DNA of 32,698 nt from positions 78,454,317-78,487,014 of the forward strand of contig NC_068987.1 in NCBI RefSeq assembly GCF_001194135.2. The letters are read 5' to 3'. Below, one piece after another: positions 1-11,046 of the stretch (the stretch's first letter is position 1; each line of letters opens with the position of its first letter). Under the pieces are notes generated by a model, which did no database searches, had not been told where the DNA came from, and saw only the letters and a list, made by a program, of their open reading frames with translations. The stretch comes from Octopus bimaculoides. Taxonomy: Eukaryota. The position numbers and the translations under genes were made by a program.

Positions 1-332
1 ATATATATATATATATATAATATATATATAATATATATATATACATAATATATATATATATACATACATATATAAAAGTATATATATATATATATATATA
101 TATATTCATATATGTATATATGTATTTGTATATATGTATATAATATACGTATTTACGTTATGTGTGTATGTGATAAATATTATTACCATATCAATGGCAA
201 TACCATACAACATTGGAAGCAGAAACAGCTGTTAGATGGGATGCAGTCTATTTGTATTGAATTAATAAATAATAATAGATGTAAGTCAATTGTTGTTCAA
301 TATTTCTCTATTTTCTGTTTTCTGTAAATTAC

Positions 333-370
<38 letters not shown>

Positions 371-371
371 A

Positions 372-933
372 ATTCGCCGTGTGTATTTTAATAGTGAGTA
401 ATTTGTGGTTTTAGAGCGATAGTTATGTTTATAGTAAGTGATTTTCTAATACACCTCTGAATTTGTTTCTATTTTTACCCGTAAAGGTATAAACTTGTTA
501 ACCACTTTATTATTATCATTATTATCATTAACAATAGCAATGATACCTATTTAATTTTATATTGTAGTGGTTCCCGTTATGTTGGTCTTTGAATGTTGCG
601 GGGGTATTCAAATGAAAGAACTTACGCGGTGAAATGTGATGAATATTTCGGAAATAGATGTTTTGCATTACGTCTGGCAGACGAGCTTAAAGTATGTTTT
701 TCATACAGAAAGCGAAAGCAATTGATCCCGGAATCTAAGTATTCCTTACTTCAGTAGTTCGTATAAGGCAAACCTCTTTCTGTTATATTTATTGCATTCG
801 CCGTGTTTTTTTTTTAATATTGAGTAATTTCTGGTTTTAGAGCGATAGCTCTCTTTATAGTAAGTGGTATTCTAATACCCTTCTGAATTTTGTCTGTATT
901 TTTACCTATAATGGTATAAACTTGCTAGCCACT

Positions 934-966
<33 letters not shown>

Positions 967-982
967 ATGGTAAGGATACCTA

Positions 983-989
<7 letters not shown>
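372..989 (+). repeat. Pair of ~190 bp direct repeats (372-556 and 796-989) around a ~240 bp unique spacer
   Basis: Both copies begin ATTCGCCGTG, share GAGTAATTT..GGTTTTAGAGCGATAG and GGTATAAACTTG..A.CCACTTTAT, contain (TAT/CAT)n and end GATACCTATTTAATT. Confidence 0.85.
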
Positions 990-1022
<33 letters not shown>

Positions 1023-2494
1023 GACATATATACAGAAGTAAATGGTATGATTTTAGACGTTTTTATAATTATTTTTATAATTTTTGAAATTTTTATTATT
1101 ATATTATAGCAATTTACATCCCAGACAGACCATCATGTTATGTCTGTGGATTTTTTATACCTTAAAATGTCAAAGAATTAGCACCTGCAACATGGGTATT
1201 GAAGCTATTTTGTCAAGATAAATGGAGATGTACTGGATGACGCAAGGAATAACATTTTTCTTCTTTGCTTTAAATAAGAAACGAAAATTTATGATTAGTT
1301 GCAGGCATTGTGACATATAAAGGCATATTTTGGTAGTATTAAACTGCGGCAGAAGAGTATAGTCTTGTCGATCATGTAGGTCAATAGTTCAGATTTTTAC
1401 AAGTTCGAGCGCGAGTTACGTATGACTTTTTGCTTGTAGCAAATTGTATACCTTTAAATAAATGAGTTAAATGAAATGCCTCCAGCGGATTAATGCTGTA
1501 ATACGTCTACTGAAAGTCAAAACGTTATTCATTTTTTTCGTTTTTCTTTCATTTGTCATATATTAATATTTTCATCAGATATAATAGCATATATCAAATG
1601 TTAGTAAATAAGGATGGAGTTTATTTGAGATAATAAATACTTCATTGAGATAACTTACGGGCGACATTAAAAATGAAAAGTATATGAACAAACATCATAG
1701 ATCTCTAGAAATATTTTCAGTTGTTATTTGAAACAAAACTGGAAAAATTCTTTCTTAATTTTATGGCAGAAAAATATTAGTGAGTAAACGAATACCATAA
1801 ATAACATAAACCGCACGTTCAGTTTACGATAGATTACAATAGCGACTGAACACTTTGTTTTTGGAATGCTGAAGAAGCAAAGAAATGAGAAATTTTAAAC
1901 TATGTACTTTAAGCCTTGTGAAATATATATTAACTTTTGTTAATATTGTACCTCGGGTCTCATATATTACAGTTAACATTCAATATGCGCAAGCCTCCCA
2001 TATCCTTCATGAGATTATTGACAAGAAAAAGTGAAGAGACTTTTAATCAGTGATAGAATTCCAGGATCGTTACCTAAACTGGGAATCTAAAAGCCAGTGC
2101 CCAACAAGATCTGAAAGTATTTAGCTGTCTATTAGAAGTTTCTGAATTCCACTGAACGCAAGGATTTATTTTCAAAAAAGTATTATCCCGAGTTTATCCA
2201 AAAATTTGGCGTATATTATTACATGCGAAGGTTGGCCAAATTGGCCGCTACATTTCGTAGAGAAATGAAGCGATGCTGCACCGAGACAGAAATACATTAG
2301 TAAAAAAAGAAAAAAAAAGCAACTTCTGAATTAAAATATAGATATTAGTACCAGTGACGTGGTTCAGTAACGGAAGTACAATGAATACACAAACAACGGC
2401 AGAAATGAAATGTGTTTAAATTGATGACTTTATTCTAGCTTCTGAAATAACATTTTTCACATTTTTCTTCTGACGCATGTATCTTTCCAATATT

Positions 2495-2708
2495 GATATC
2501 AAATTTTGACACAAGGCCAACAGTTTCGGTGCAGGAGATAAGTCAGTTTCATCAACTCCAGTGCTTAATAAGTACTTATTTTATCGACTCCGAAAACGTG
2601 AACGGTAATGTTGACCCTGGCAGAATTTGAAGTTCAGAATGTAAAGACGGACAATATGTCGTTAATTATTTTGTCCGACTTGCTAACGATTCTGCCAGCT
2701 CGGCGCCT
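2495..2708 (-). mobile_element. tRNA-derived SINE, OK-like family (tail type A), diverged
   Basis: Reverse complement reads AAGGCGCCGAGCTGGCAGAATCGTTAGC (head, A box) ... CTGAACTTCAAATTCTGCC (B box) ... GAGTCGATAAAATAAGTAC (central module); homologous to the copies at 26041-27026. Confidence 0.85.
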
Positions 2709-3567
2709 TACTCTTCTAATAATGGTTCTGTCAAAGTTGTACGAAAGTTCCTTTGTTACTTCAATTAAAATTAGGTAAATATATTAAGTGAACCCCAAAA
2801 TACTCAATTTGAGTGAAAATATGGTGGTCTTGAAGAGAGTTAATTAAACTAGTAAAAACATTTGACTGTTTTTGATATAAACAGTATTCTAAAGTTATCG
2901 AAAAAAATAATGATATTATTTTCGGATATTAGATATAAAGTATTTAAAGCACTTTAGAATTTTTATGTCACATGTGTGTATTTGCATATAACTATAATGT
3001 ATGCACACACACATTCACGCACACAGACACACACACAAACAGAAACCCACACAAACACACACGCACGCACGCACACAGACACAGATGCATGAATTAGATA
3101 TTTTAAGGAACATAGTGTACTGAACTCCTTCAAGAACCATATATTTTAAACCATAATCCAAGACACCAGACATGAAAGAGTGAAAACCTACAAACGATAT
3201 AAATTGTTGTAGAGGGAAAATTTAGAAAACGGCACGTAATTAGATAAACATTTTAAATTAAAATAGAGTGAAAAGAAACTACTCACTGAACATTGTTCAT
3301 TCAGTAAAAAGGTCACTCGTCTCATAGTAATAGAAAAATACTCAGTAAGAGCTTCTTTAGCAAGTTGCGTTTGCTATTTTGTATTATATTTCACATTGCT
3401 CATTTATAAAGACTTGTTTAGTATTGTTGAAATAGGAAGACACGTTGTTTACGTTATAAGAATTTTCCTACCTACCTACCGACCGACCTAACTACCAACA
3501 TAAATACATGTGTGTGTGTGTGTTTGTGTATACATGTGTGCGTGCAATTATATATGTACACAAAGAC

Positions 3568-3614
3568 GGTGAGCTGGCAGAAACGTTAGCACGCTGGGCG
3601 AAATGCTTAGCGGT
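3568..3614 (+). mobile_element. 5' head of an OK-like SINE, cut by assembly gap
   Basis: GGTGAGCTGGCAGAAACGTTAGCACGCTGGGCGAAATGCTTAGCGGT matches the head of the 26794-27026 copy; N-gap follows immediately. Confidence 0.85.
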
Positions 3615-4342
3615 NNNNNNNNNNNNNNNNNNNNNNNNNNNNNNNNNNNNNNNNNNNNNNNNNNNNNNNNNNNNNNNNNNNNNNNNNNNNNNNNNNNNNN
3701 NNNNNNNNNNNNNNNNNNNNNNNNNNNNNNNNNNNNNNNNNNNNNNNNNNNNNNNNNNNNNNNNNNNNNNNNNNNNNNNNNNNNNNNNNNNNNNNNNNNN
3801 NNNNNNNNNNNNNNNNNNNNNNNNNNNNNNNNNNNNNNNNNNNNNNNNNNNNNNNNNNNNNNNNNNNNNNNNNNNNNNNNNNNNNNNNNNNNNNNNNNNN
3901 NNNNNNNNNNNNNNNNNNNNNNNNNNNNNNNNNNNNNNNNNNNNNNNNNNNNNNNNNNNNNNNNNNNNNNNNNNNNNNNNNNNNNNNNNNNNNNNNNNNN
4001 NNNNNNNNNNNNNNNNNNNNNNNNNNNNNNNNNNNNNNNNNNNNNNNNNNNNNNNNNNNNNNNNNNNNNNNNNNNNNNNNNNNNNNNNNNNNNNNNNNNN
4101 TATATATATATATATGTAAGTATGTATGTATACTTTTTATTTATCTATTGTTAACAATTTTTTTTAACCTATGGACCCCTTCGACTCCTATTTTACTTGG
4201 ATAAATGTTCAGAACCATTTGATGTTTGAAAGATCCTGTTATACTTTCATAATTAAATATTAATAGGAATTGTATAAAGCAATTTTCAAAGTGCTGAGAA
4301 GATTTTATAAAAAAAACATTTGGAAGCGACGAATGTGTTGGG

Positions 4343-4637
4343 ATTTTACAGACATGAAATTAAGTTTGGAAACTAGTATAGCGGTGAAAACAACAGAGAA
4401 AGATGGGGTATTTACCCTTAGAAGATAGAAAAATTTTGCCAACAGGCGGCTACGAAGAGTCGAACTCCGTACTCCTCCGATACCGACTGAATTATGTAAC
4501 CCTTAAGCTAAACAGCCCCTGTCAATAGTTACCGTCGAGTCCATATAGCTGCCTGCTAGTAACTAAATACTCAGTTTTTCTCACTGCTATTTTCACAGTT
4601 ACACTGCGTTTGAAATTTACTTTCTAGTCTTTAAAAT
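4343..4637. mobile_element. MITE-like fold-back element: ~90 bp imperfect inverted repeats (4343-4428 / 4549-4637) around a ~120 bp core
   Basis: Left arm ATTTTACAGACATGAAATTAAGTTT...GTGAAAACAACAG..GTATTTA aligns with the reverse complement of the right arm ATTTTAAAGACTAGAAAGTAAATTT...GTGAAAATAGCAG..GTATTTA. No target-site duplication recognised. Confidence 0.6.
4445..4520 (-). pseudogene. Decayed tRNA-like sequence (A and B boxes, intact T arm)
   Basis: Minus strand GGGGCTGTTTAGCTTAAGGGTTACATAATTCAGTCGGTATCGGAGGAGTACGGAGTTCGACTCTTCGTAGCCGCC. A box TAGCTTAAGGG; T arm CGGAG-TTCGACT-CTTCG (5 bp); anticodon arm 4/5 paired with GGT in the anticodon position; D stem broken, no U33. Confidence 0.65.
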
Positions 4638-4712
4638 AGTTAAAATGATATAGAAGGAAAACCAATTTACTGTACATAAAATTTCTTCGCCGTTCCAACG
4701 AACAAGCAACGA

Positions 4713-5240
4713 ACATATATTGTGTGTTTGTGTTCAATAATGTTTACAACACTCGCTCTGCTTCTAATTCATATATGAATATATTCCTACATACGCATCG
4801 TGCAGACATGGATGGTTTTTACACCATTTTAGATATAGTCATAGACAGGCTATTCAATTTCGGTTCTAGCACGTGATGTTAATAAGCAACAATTATGGCG
4901 AAACATCGATATCCAGCGTTCCTGAACGGGACTTGGTGTGAGTTAAGTCTCGTCTTTCCATGACTAAAACTTTCACGTGTTATAAGAACCGGCGCTTTGG
5001 GACAATTATCTTCCTTCCGTCGAAGCGCAACCGACCCGAACAGCGAAAAGGCAAAACACATACATTGTGTATGTGTGTTCGACAATGTTTACAACATTAT
5101 CTAATTCATATTTGCGCGTGTGTATCGTTGGCGATGTTATTCTTCCGTCTTCCCTTCCTTTGGACTTTCCTCTGTTACTGAAGAAGAGCACAGCTCGAAA
5201 CGTTAAATCCTCTTTCCTTCCTTTCCTGAACGACTGATAA
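4713..5240 (+). mobile_element. Putative Penelope-associated (pLTR/retrozyme-like) non-coding element with partial direct repeat and hammerhead core
   Basis: 39-bp direct repeat 4713-4751 vs 5058-5096 (5 mismatches) plus CTAATTCATAT at 4766 and 5101; hammerhead core downstream of the second copy. Confidence 0.45.
5174..5208 (+). ncRNA. Minimal type I hammerhead ribozyme motif (probably decayed)
   Basis: CTGAAGA (5178-5184), extra A, stem II GAGC-ACA-GCTC, GAAA (5197-5200), palindromic AACGTT for stem III, GUU triplet; stem I weak, with an A-A mismatch at its first pair. Confidence 0.55.
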
Positions 5241-5352
5241 TACAGTACTTGTACCACGTCCTCGCGTAATTTTCTTTTCTCGTGTGTTCTTCTTTGCTTG
5301 GATTCACTATATATACATATATGTATCTATGTATACATACGTACGTACATAC

Positions 5353-5387
<35 letters not shown>

Positions 5388-5599
5388 NNNNNNNNNNNNN
5401 NNNNNNNNNNNNNNNNNNNNNNNNNNNNNNNNNNNNNNNNNNNNNNNNNNNNNNNNNNNNNNNNNNNNNNNNNNNNNNNNNNNNNNNNNNNNNNNNNNNN
5501 NNNNNNNNNNNNNNNNNNNNNNNNNNNNNNNNNNNNNNGCCTGAAGGTATTTCAACTTACATCTTTGCGTTGTGAGGCGGTCTTCTCATTTCCCTTTTC

Positions 5600-5925
5600 A
5601 TTTCTTTCCTTCTTTGTTTGTTTGTTTGTTTGTTTCTTTCTTTCTTTCTGGTGAGATTGTTGCCATCAACGCTTCCTTTAAAAGTTTGTGACTGCAGGAA
5701 GCGTATGAACAGGGCAAGAATTTCAGGGACAGGAGGTAGTGAAAAGGGCGGGCCTGCAGTCGATGGGCATCAGAAAGGTGATAGGAGGAAAGCAGACGAG
5801 TATGCAGGGAACCCTTTAGTGAACGTGGAATTAATCTATGCAGGTTCATGGGGTAAGAGCTTTTATTGTAGCGGTAGAAATGGCAAAAAAATGAGTTAAC
5901 GCAACTGTGGACCAGAGGCCGCAAC
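5600..5925 (-). mobile_element. 3' end of a non-LTR retrotransposon (L2/CR1-like clade), degenerate, with simple-repeat tail
   Basis: Minus-strand translation RPLVHSCVNSFFCHFYRYNKSSYPMNLHRLIP...HTR, then (frameshifted) *NSCP...QTFKGSV, resembles the C-terminal pattern PL.HRR...LFYRY....TR....WN.LP....FK..V of such ORF2s; followed by (GAAA)n/(CAAA)n. Confidence 0.55.
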
Positions 5926-6312
5926 GTTATTCTGAATGACTATATACCCATCGTGGATTCATAAGTATCGACTTATTTTACGTTTAAGTGTATCTAAACT
6001 GAAAACATATGCTTACATACATATGTGTTCTAAAATATTTATAATTGCTCGCTCTAAGATACGAAGAAAATACGCCTACGTACACTCATGCACTTGCAGG
6101 CACAAATTTGTATGTGCTGTGTGTATGTATGTAAAAGTGGGAACGAGTTGACAGAGGCACGAATATAATATATTGATATAATATATTGGTATATCTTCAG
6201 GTGCTTCAAGATTTTTAATTGATATTATAATACCTGTGAAGTGACTTGATATCAAGCTGAATATCTTCAACGAAGTAGCGTCTTTGGGCAATGTATTCAA
6301 TTAATGAGTATG

Positions 6313-6322
6313 ATATATATAT

Positions 6323-6359
<37 letters not shown>

Positions 6360-6605
6360 CATACACACACACATACATGTATTTATATGTATCTATGCAT
6401 GTATCTATACCTGTGTGTAGATATATATATATGTATATATTCTTTCACACACATATAGAATGACGTATATGTAAATGCGCAAATATATATATACATATAC
6501 ATGTGTGTGCGTGTATATATGTATATATATGTGTGTATCTATGTATGTATTTTTCTGCACAAACCTCCCCACAGACAGGCACATACGCACTCACATACAC
6601 AGACT

Positions 6606-6676
<71 letters not shown>

Positions 6677-7233
6677 ATGTGTGTGTGGTGAGGGGGTGTA
6701 ATCTTGAAAAGATTCAGAAATTAACAAAGGAAATGCCAGCACCTAACTTATCAACCGTACCCTCACTTTAAATATTACTTCTTGGATAATTTGAGAATAT
6801 TTTAAGTGTTTCCAAGTGTTTAGATATAAAAAGCACAACAAATTTTAAAGAAGAAAAATTAATTACTCTTTCAGTTTGCAAGTGTATTCATTCAACATAT
6901 ACACACTCACACCATATCATTCCCCCTTCGTTTCTCTCTCTCGTTTTCTCATTATATGTATATATGTGTATATATGTATATATGTATATACGTGCATATA
7001 TGTGTATGCATATATGTATATATGTGTATATATATATATATATGCATGCATGCATATACAAATATATATATATATATATATGTATGTATGTGTGTGTGTG
7101 TGTGTGTGTGTGTGCGCGTGTGTATGTGTGTATGTATATATGCATGAAGCGTGCCGTTACGTATTTTGAAGCAGAGATTATAATGATGATTAAACGCTAA
7201 TTATTCTCGTTTATCTCATAACTTATGGTTCAA

Positions 7234-7280
<47 letters not shown>
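6313..7280. repeat. Compound dinucleotide microsatellite field (TA/CA/TG)
   Basis: Directly visible TA, CA and TG runs at 6313-6690, 6955-7145 and 7238-7280. Confidence 0.95.
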
Positions 7281-7281
<1 letters not shown>

Positions 7282-7629
7282 AATAAGGAATGAATTGTTT
7301 TACTATTTTAAATTATATTAATTTAAACATATACGTAATGCAAATATAGACAGAATATAAGTCATAAAAATTTACGTTTTACAGTTTAAGAGAATTTGGG
7401 AAATTAATTTAATTTTAATAATTAATTTAGTACTCAATTAAGGCAAACTAATCACATAATTGCTTATATCTTAAGTCTTCTTCCGAAAAACTTAGCTGTT
7501 TACGAACTCGAGAGTTATAAGTACGAACCGCATCATAGATGAAAAACGTAGATGCTCACCATCTGCTGCTTAAGATTCATTGAAATCATCTTTGAAACTG
7601 TTGGCTATCTTGACCGTCCTCTATCAAGG

Positions 7630-7850
7630 CACCCACAAAAATATCATAAGTGCATGGTGTGAAATAGAGACATTTATCCTTTGTCGAAAAAGAGCAGGTC
7701 AATTATTGCTGTAGATATAGAATGACATTCCACATGAATATCTCGCAAAAGGAGTAGCTACCAATAGAATTTGATTAAAGCAGGTTAATGTTATGCGACA
7801 TCTTCTCAGATACCCTGAACAGTGTTTTGGTTACTATCTTATCTCATGTG
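7630..7850 (+). mobile_element. Possible very old mariner transposase remnant
   Basis: Fragments in the expected order with frameshifts and deletions: HPQK, ISAWCEIETFI (cf. HPKK..SVWWD..GII), RKGV, VMRH...GYYL (cf. EVLPHPPYSPDLAPSDYYL). Similarity is weak. Confidence 0.25.
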
Positions 7851-7900
7851 ATTAAGACATTAAAATTAATTGCCATGGTAGCATATCACATGACAAATAC

Positions 7901-8792
7901 ACAGGGTGTTTGAGCTACTTTTTGACAACTTTCATGTCTTCTTTTTTCTGGAAGAGCATGATGTATTGGTGACCAGTCAACGGTGTTGGAGAACATAAAA
8001 ATTAAAGTTATAGTTGAGAAACACTTAGTTGGTATGGAGGACTGAGAGCCATCGGATACTGGAGAAAGTTAGCTTTATCATGCTGATTCGTGCTGGGGAT
8101 TAAAATGATGACATCATGACTGCTGCTCAATGTTCTTTGAATACCGTAAAGTTTATAGGACGTGACATGGACAGCTGCAAAGGAGACTACGAAGCAGCGG
8201 CCAGCAGGAAAAGACGCATTAGGTGTTCTGACTGCGTCCGCACGTCTCGTTTCGTACCTACACATCTGAATAATGCCTTTGGCTTAATTTCGATGGTTAT
8301 GTGAAGCTATTAGAGACTGTGGACAATCTCCGACTAGAGAGGGTTGCTGTTGCAAGGCTATATGTGTGTTAGCAGGATTTGGCGCCCCGCCATACCTCTG
8401 GAAAGTGGAAGATGTGTCTGTCAGAGAATTTCTGCGACTTCACCAGCCCCAATTTATGACCTCCGAATCCCACCTTCATTGTAATACCATGGGTTAGTAT
8501 GTGTGGCACGCGGTTGAGAAAGACACCATCCGCTCTGCATACAACACTAAGGTCGAGTTGATGGCCAAGATCAAAGAAGTGTTCCAAGATCTTCTCCAGG
8601 ACAGTGAGGGACGCATGCGCTAGGTACCGGAAAGAAGCAGTGAACGGCTATTTTGAGTAAATTGTTATCTCCCAGTCATAGGCTAGATGATAATGTTTGA
8701 TTTTTTAAAATATCCTTTTGGTATTTGGAATGGATATTATGTTTCCGTTTCCTTGTATGGAAACTGTTAAAAACTTAACCCGAATGCCCTCC
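7901..8792 (+). mobile_element. Tc1/mariner DD37D (maT-type) transposon, internally deleted, transposase pseudogene
   Basis: C-terminal half at about 8280-8660: FDGYVKLLETV...*QDLAPRHTSGKWKMCLSENFCDFTSPNL*PPN.(frameshift).CNTMG*YVWHAVEKDTIRSAYNTKVELMAKIKEVFQDL. After removing a 2-nt insertion, the last two catalytic positions are 37 residues apart (the last D is mutated to G). N-terminal fragment at about 8116-8265. Degenerate TIRs at 7901-7935 (ACAGGGTGTTTGAGC...) and 8757-8790. Confidence 0.85.
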
Positions 8793-9756
8793 CTTAATTT
8801 GATTCTTCAAGGGTTAATGCGATTTGAAAATTGTTATATTCCACTCATTCAGCAATAGATGTTGAGCTTTAAGGATGTGATGATGCAATGCATAATAGAA
8901 AAACGAGAAAAACCGATAATTTTTCAGTCAACATGTTGGAAAAGGAAGATAAATTGGTTCCACCTGTTCCCCAAACGGAGAGGTTAGTGATGTATATAAT
9001 TTCCTATTACTACAAGAATATATTTATAAGTGACCGAACAATTCCATGCTATCTAATCTCTTCATCGTTCTGGAATGAAAGAAGAATACTGTATTTTGTA
9101 ATTGTCCATAGCAGAAAGTTATAACACATTTATGTTAAGACCTCTTTGCATAACATTAATAATTGGTTGAGTTTGGCTTACAATCACCTGCGGGCAACAT
9201 AGTAAATGAAAGTGACTAATTAAATTGCTATCCTTAAAATATGGAATTTGGATACAATTCAAAATTATCTATACATTGTTAATCGATTTTCGTCTGAGTC
9301 GCAATGAGAAATTTACCGGAAGTCATCTTCCATGATAATTAAAAACACCCAAGAGAAACATTTTTTAAGGCGCTGACATTATCATAGAAATCACATTTTA
9401 GTTATCTATATATTATTCATTTACATTGTTCTTACTTATGTAAAGTAATTTATCTTACATTGTGTAGTCGGTTATCAACGAGGTTACGACTTTACTGTGT
9501 AAATAGATTACTCTCGTCCTAAAGACACTGAACAAGTATCCCATATTTTTATATATTTTAAACTTCCTTGTCCCATAAATCCTCCCCATTTTTAATAAGA
9601 TGGAATGCAAAACAAAGAATACTTTCTTGTTATTTCTAACTGGTCGAGAGTTTCCCGTGTTTTTTCTGGACAATGCCAGTATGAAAGAGACAGTAAGTAT
9701 TCTGAATTTTAAACTGCCTTTCTGTTGCATTTACATTCCAAAGCTTAATAGTCGTG

Positions 9757-10078
9757 AAGGCGCGTGGCTTAGTGGTTAAGGCATTCGGTTCACGATTGTA
9801 AGGTCGTGAGTTCAATTCCCAGCGACGCGTTGTGTCTTTGAGCAAGACACTTTATTTCATGTTGCTCCAGTCCACTCAGCTGGCAAAAATGAGTAGTACC
9901 TGTATTTCAAAAGGCTGGCCTTGTCACACTCTGTATCACGCTGAAACTCCCTGAGAACTACGTTAGGGGTACACGTGTCTGTGGATTGCTCAGTCACTTG
10001 CACGTAAATTTCACGAGCAAGCTGTGCCGTTGATCGTATCAGCTGGGACCCTCGTCGTCGTAACCGACGTAGTGCTCC
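9757..10078 (+). mobile_element. tRNA-derived CORE-type SINE (OR1/OR2-like), near full length
   Basis: A box TGGCTTAGTGG, ACG (Arg) in the anticodon position, B box GAGTTCAATTCCC, CORE-like TGTCTTTGAGCAAGACACTT...CAGCTGGCAAAAATGAGT, and a unique 3' tail. Confidence 0.85.
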
Positions 10079-10355
10079 TAATGGTCGTAATACAACAAGA
10101 ATCATATTAATGGCCCATATAATAAGCATCAGTAGCTCTCGGTCCTGAAGTCACTGTGCAACACCTGTCCAGTGATAGTTTTTTCAACCATATGTATGTG
10201 TTTATGTATTGTATATGTGTCTGCGTGTCTGTTGAGTGTTGATCAAAGAAGCCTATAAGTAAATTTTTCCTACCATAGCAATTTCGTTTTTTTTAGGAGG
10301 TTCCAAGAACTGCATTATTTCATGCGCCTTTTATTTAAAGAAAATACTATCAAAA

Positions 10356-10392
10356 TTGAAGAAAATCTGGCCGTTATTTCTAGCAGATAGGA
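10356..10392 (+). repeat. Short dispersed repeat motif; further copies at 13526-13562 and 30268-30300
   Basis: TTGA.G.A.AT.TG.C.G..ATTTCT.GCAGAT is shared (more degenerate in the 30268 copy); the 13.5 kb and 30.2 kb copies also share weak upstream similarity (TTATC.AATAT). Confidence 0.45.
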
Positions 10393-10785
10393 TAACTATA
10401 TTGAATAACTTTAAGTAAAGCAAATTCAATCGGCTCCATTGCTTATTCCCTCCGCTCACAAATATAAATAAAGACACAGACAGACAGGCAGACAAAGAGT
10501 ACGAATGGAAAAAGAATATGTGCTGCAATGTGATTAATAATATAGACAGACATAATCGAATAAAATAGCATTTAATTCAACTGTCTGCAGCGTTTAACTC
10601 ACTGTTAATAATACGAATATATCAAATTTTATAATGAAGATGAATATGAAACAAATAAGTGCGGAAAAAAAAATCATTTCTATGGAAGGAAATAAATGCT
10701 ACTTAATATATGCATATACGCGCATGCATACGCGCACCCGCCTCTATATATACATAGATGTATATATGAATATTTGGTATACTTA

Positions 10786-10808
10786 TCCATCCATCCATCC
10801 ATCCATCC

Positions 10809-10860
<52 letters not shown>
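10786..10860. repeat. (ATCC)n-(ATCT)n compound tetranucleotide microsatellite
   Basis: Directly visible. Confidence 0.95.
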
Positions 10861-11013
10861 CCCTATACACATATTTATATATATGGACACAAGCACACGT
10901 AGACTCACACATCTACACACATCTGCACACACATCTACACACATCTACACACTCACACATCTACACACACATATATACATACGTATACACACACATATAT
11001 TTATATATATATG

Positions 11014-11046
<33 letters not shown>

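Noticed and set aside
4445-4520. Functional tRNA-Thr(GGT) gene
   Set aside because: The D stem is broken, position 33 is C rather than U, and acceptor/D-arm spacing is irregular; it is kept only as a pseudogene-like core.
5618-5899. 93-aa plus-strand ORF
   Set aside because: It is antisense to the LINE 3' remnant, which explains the sequence better.
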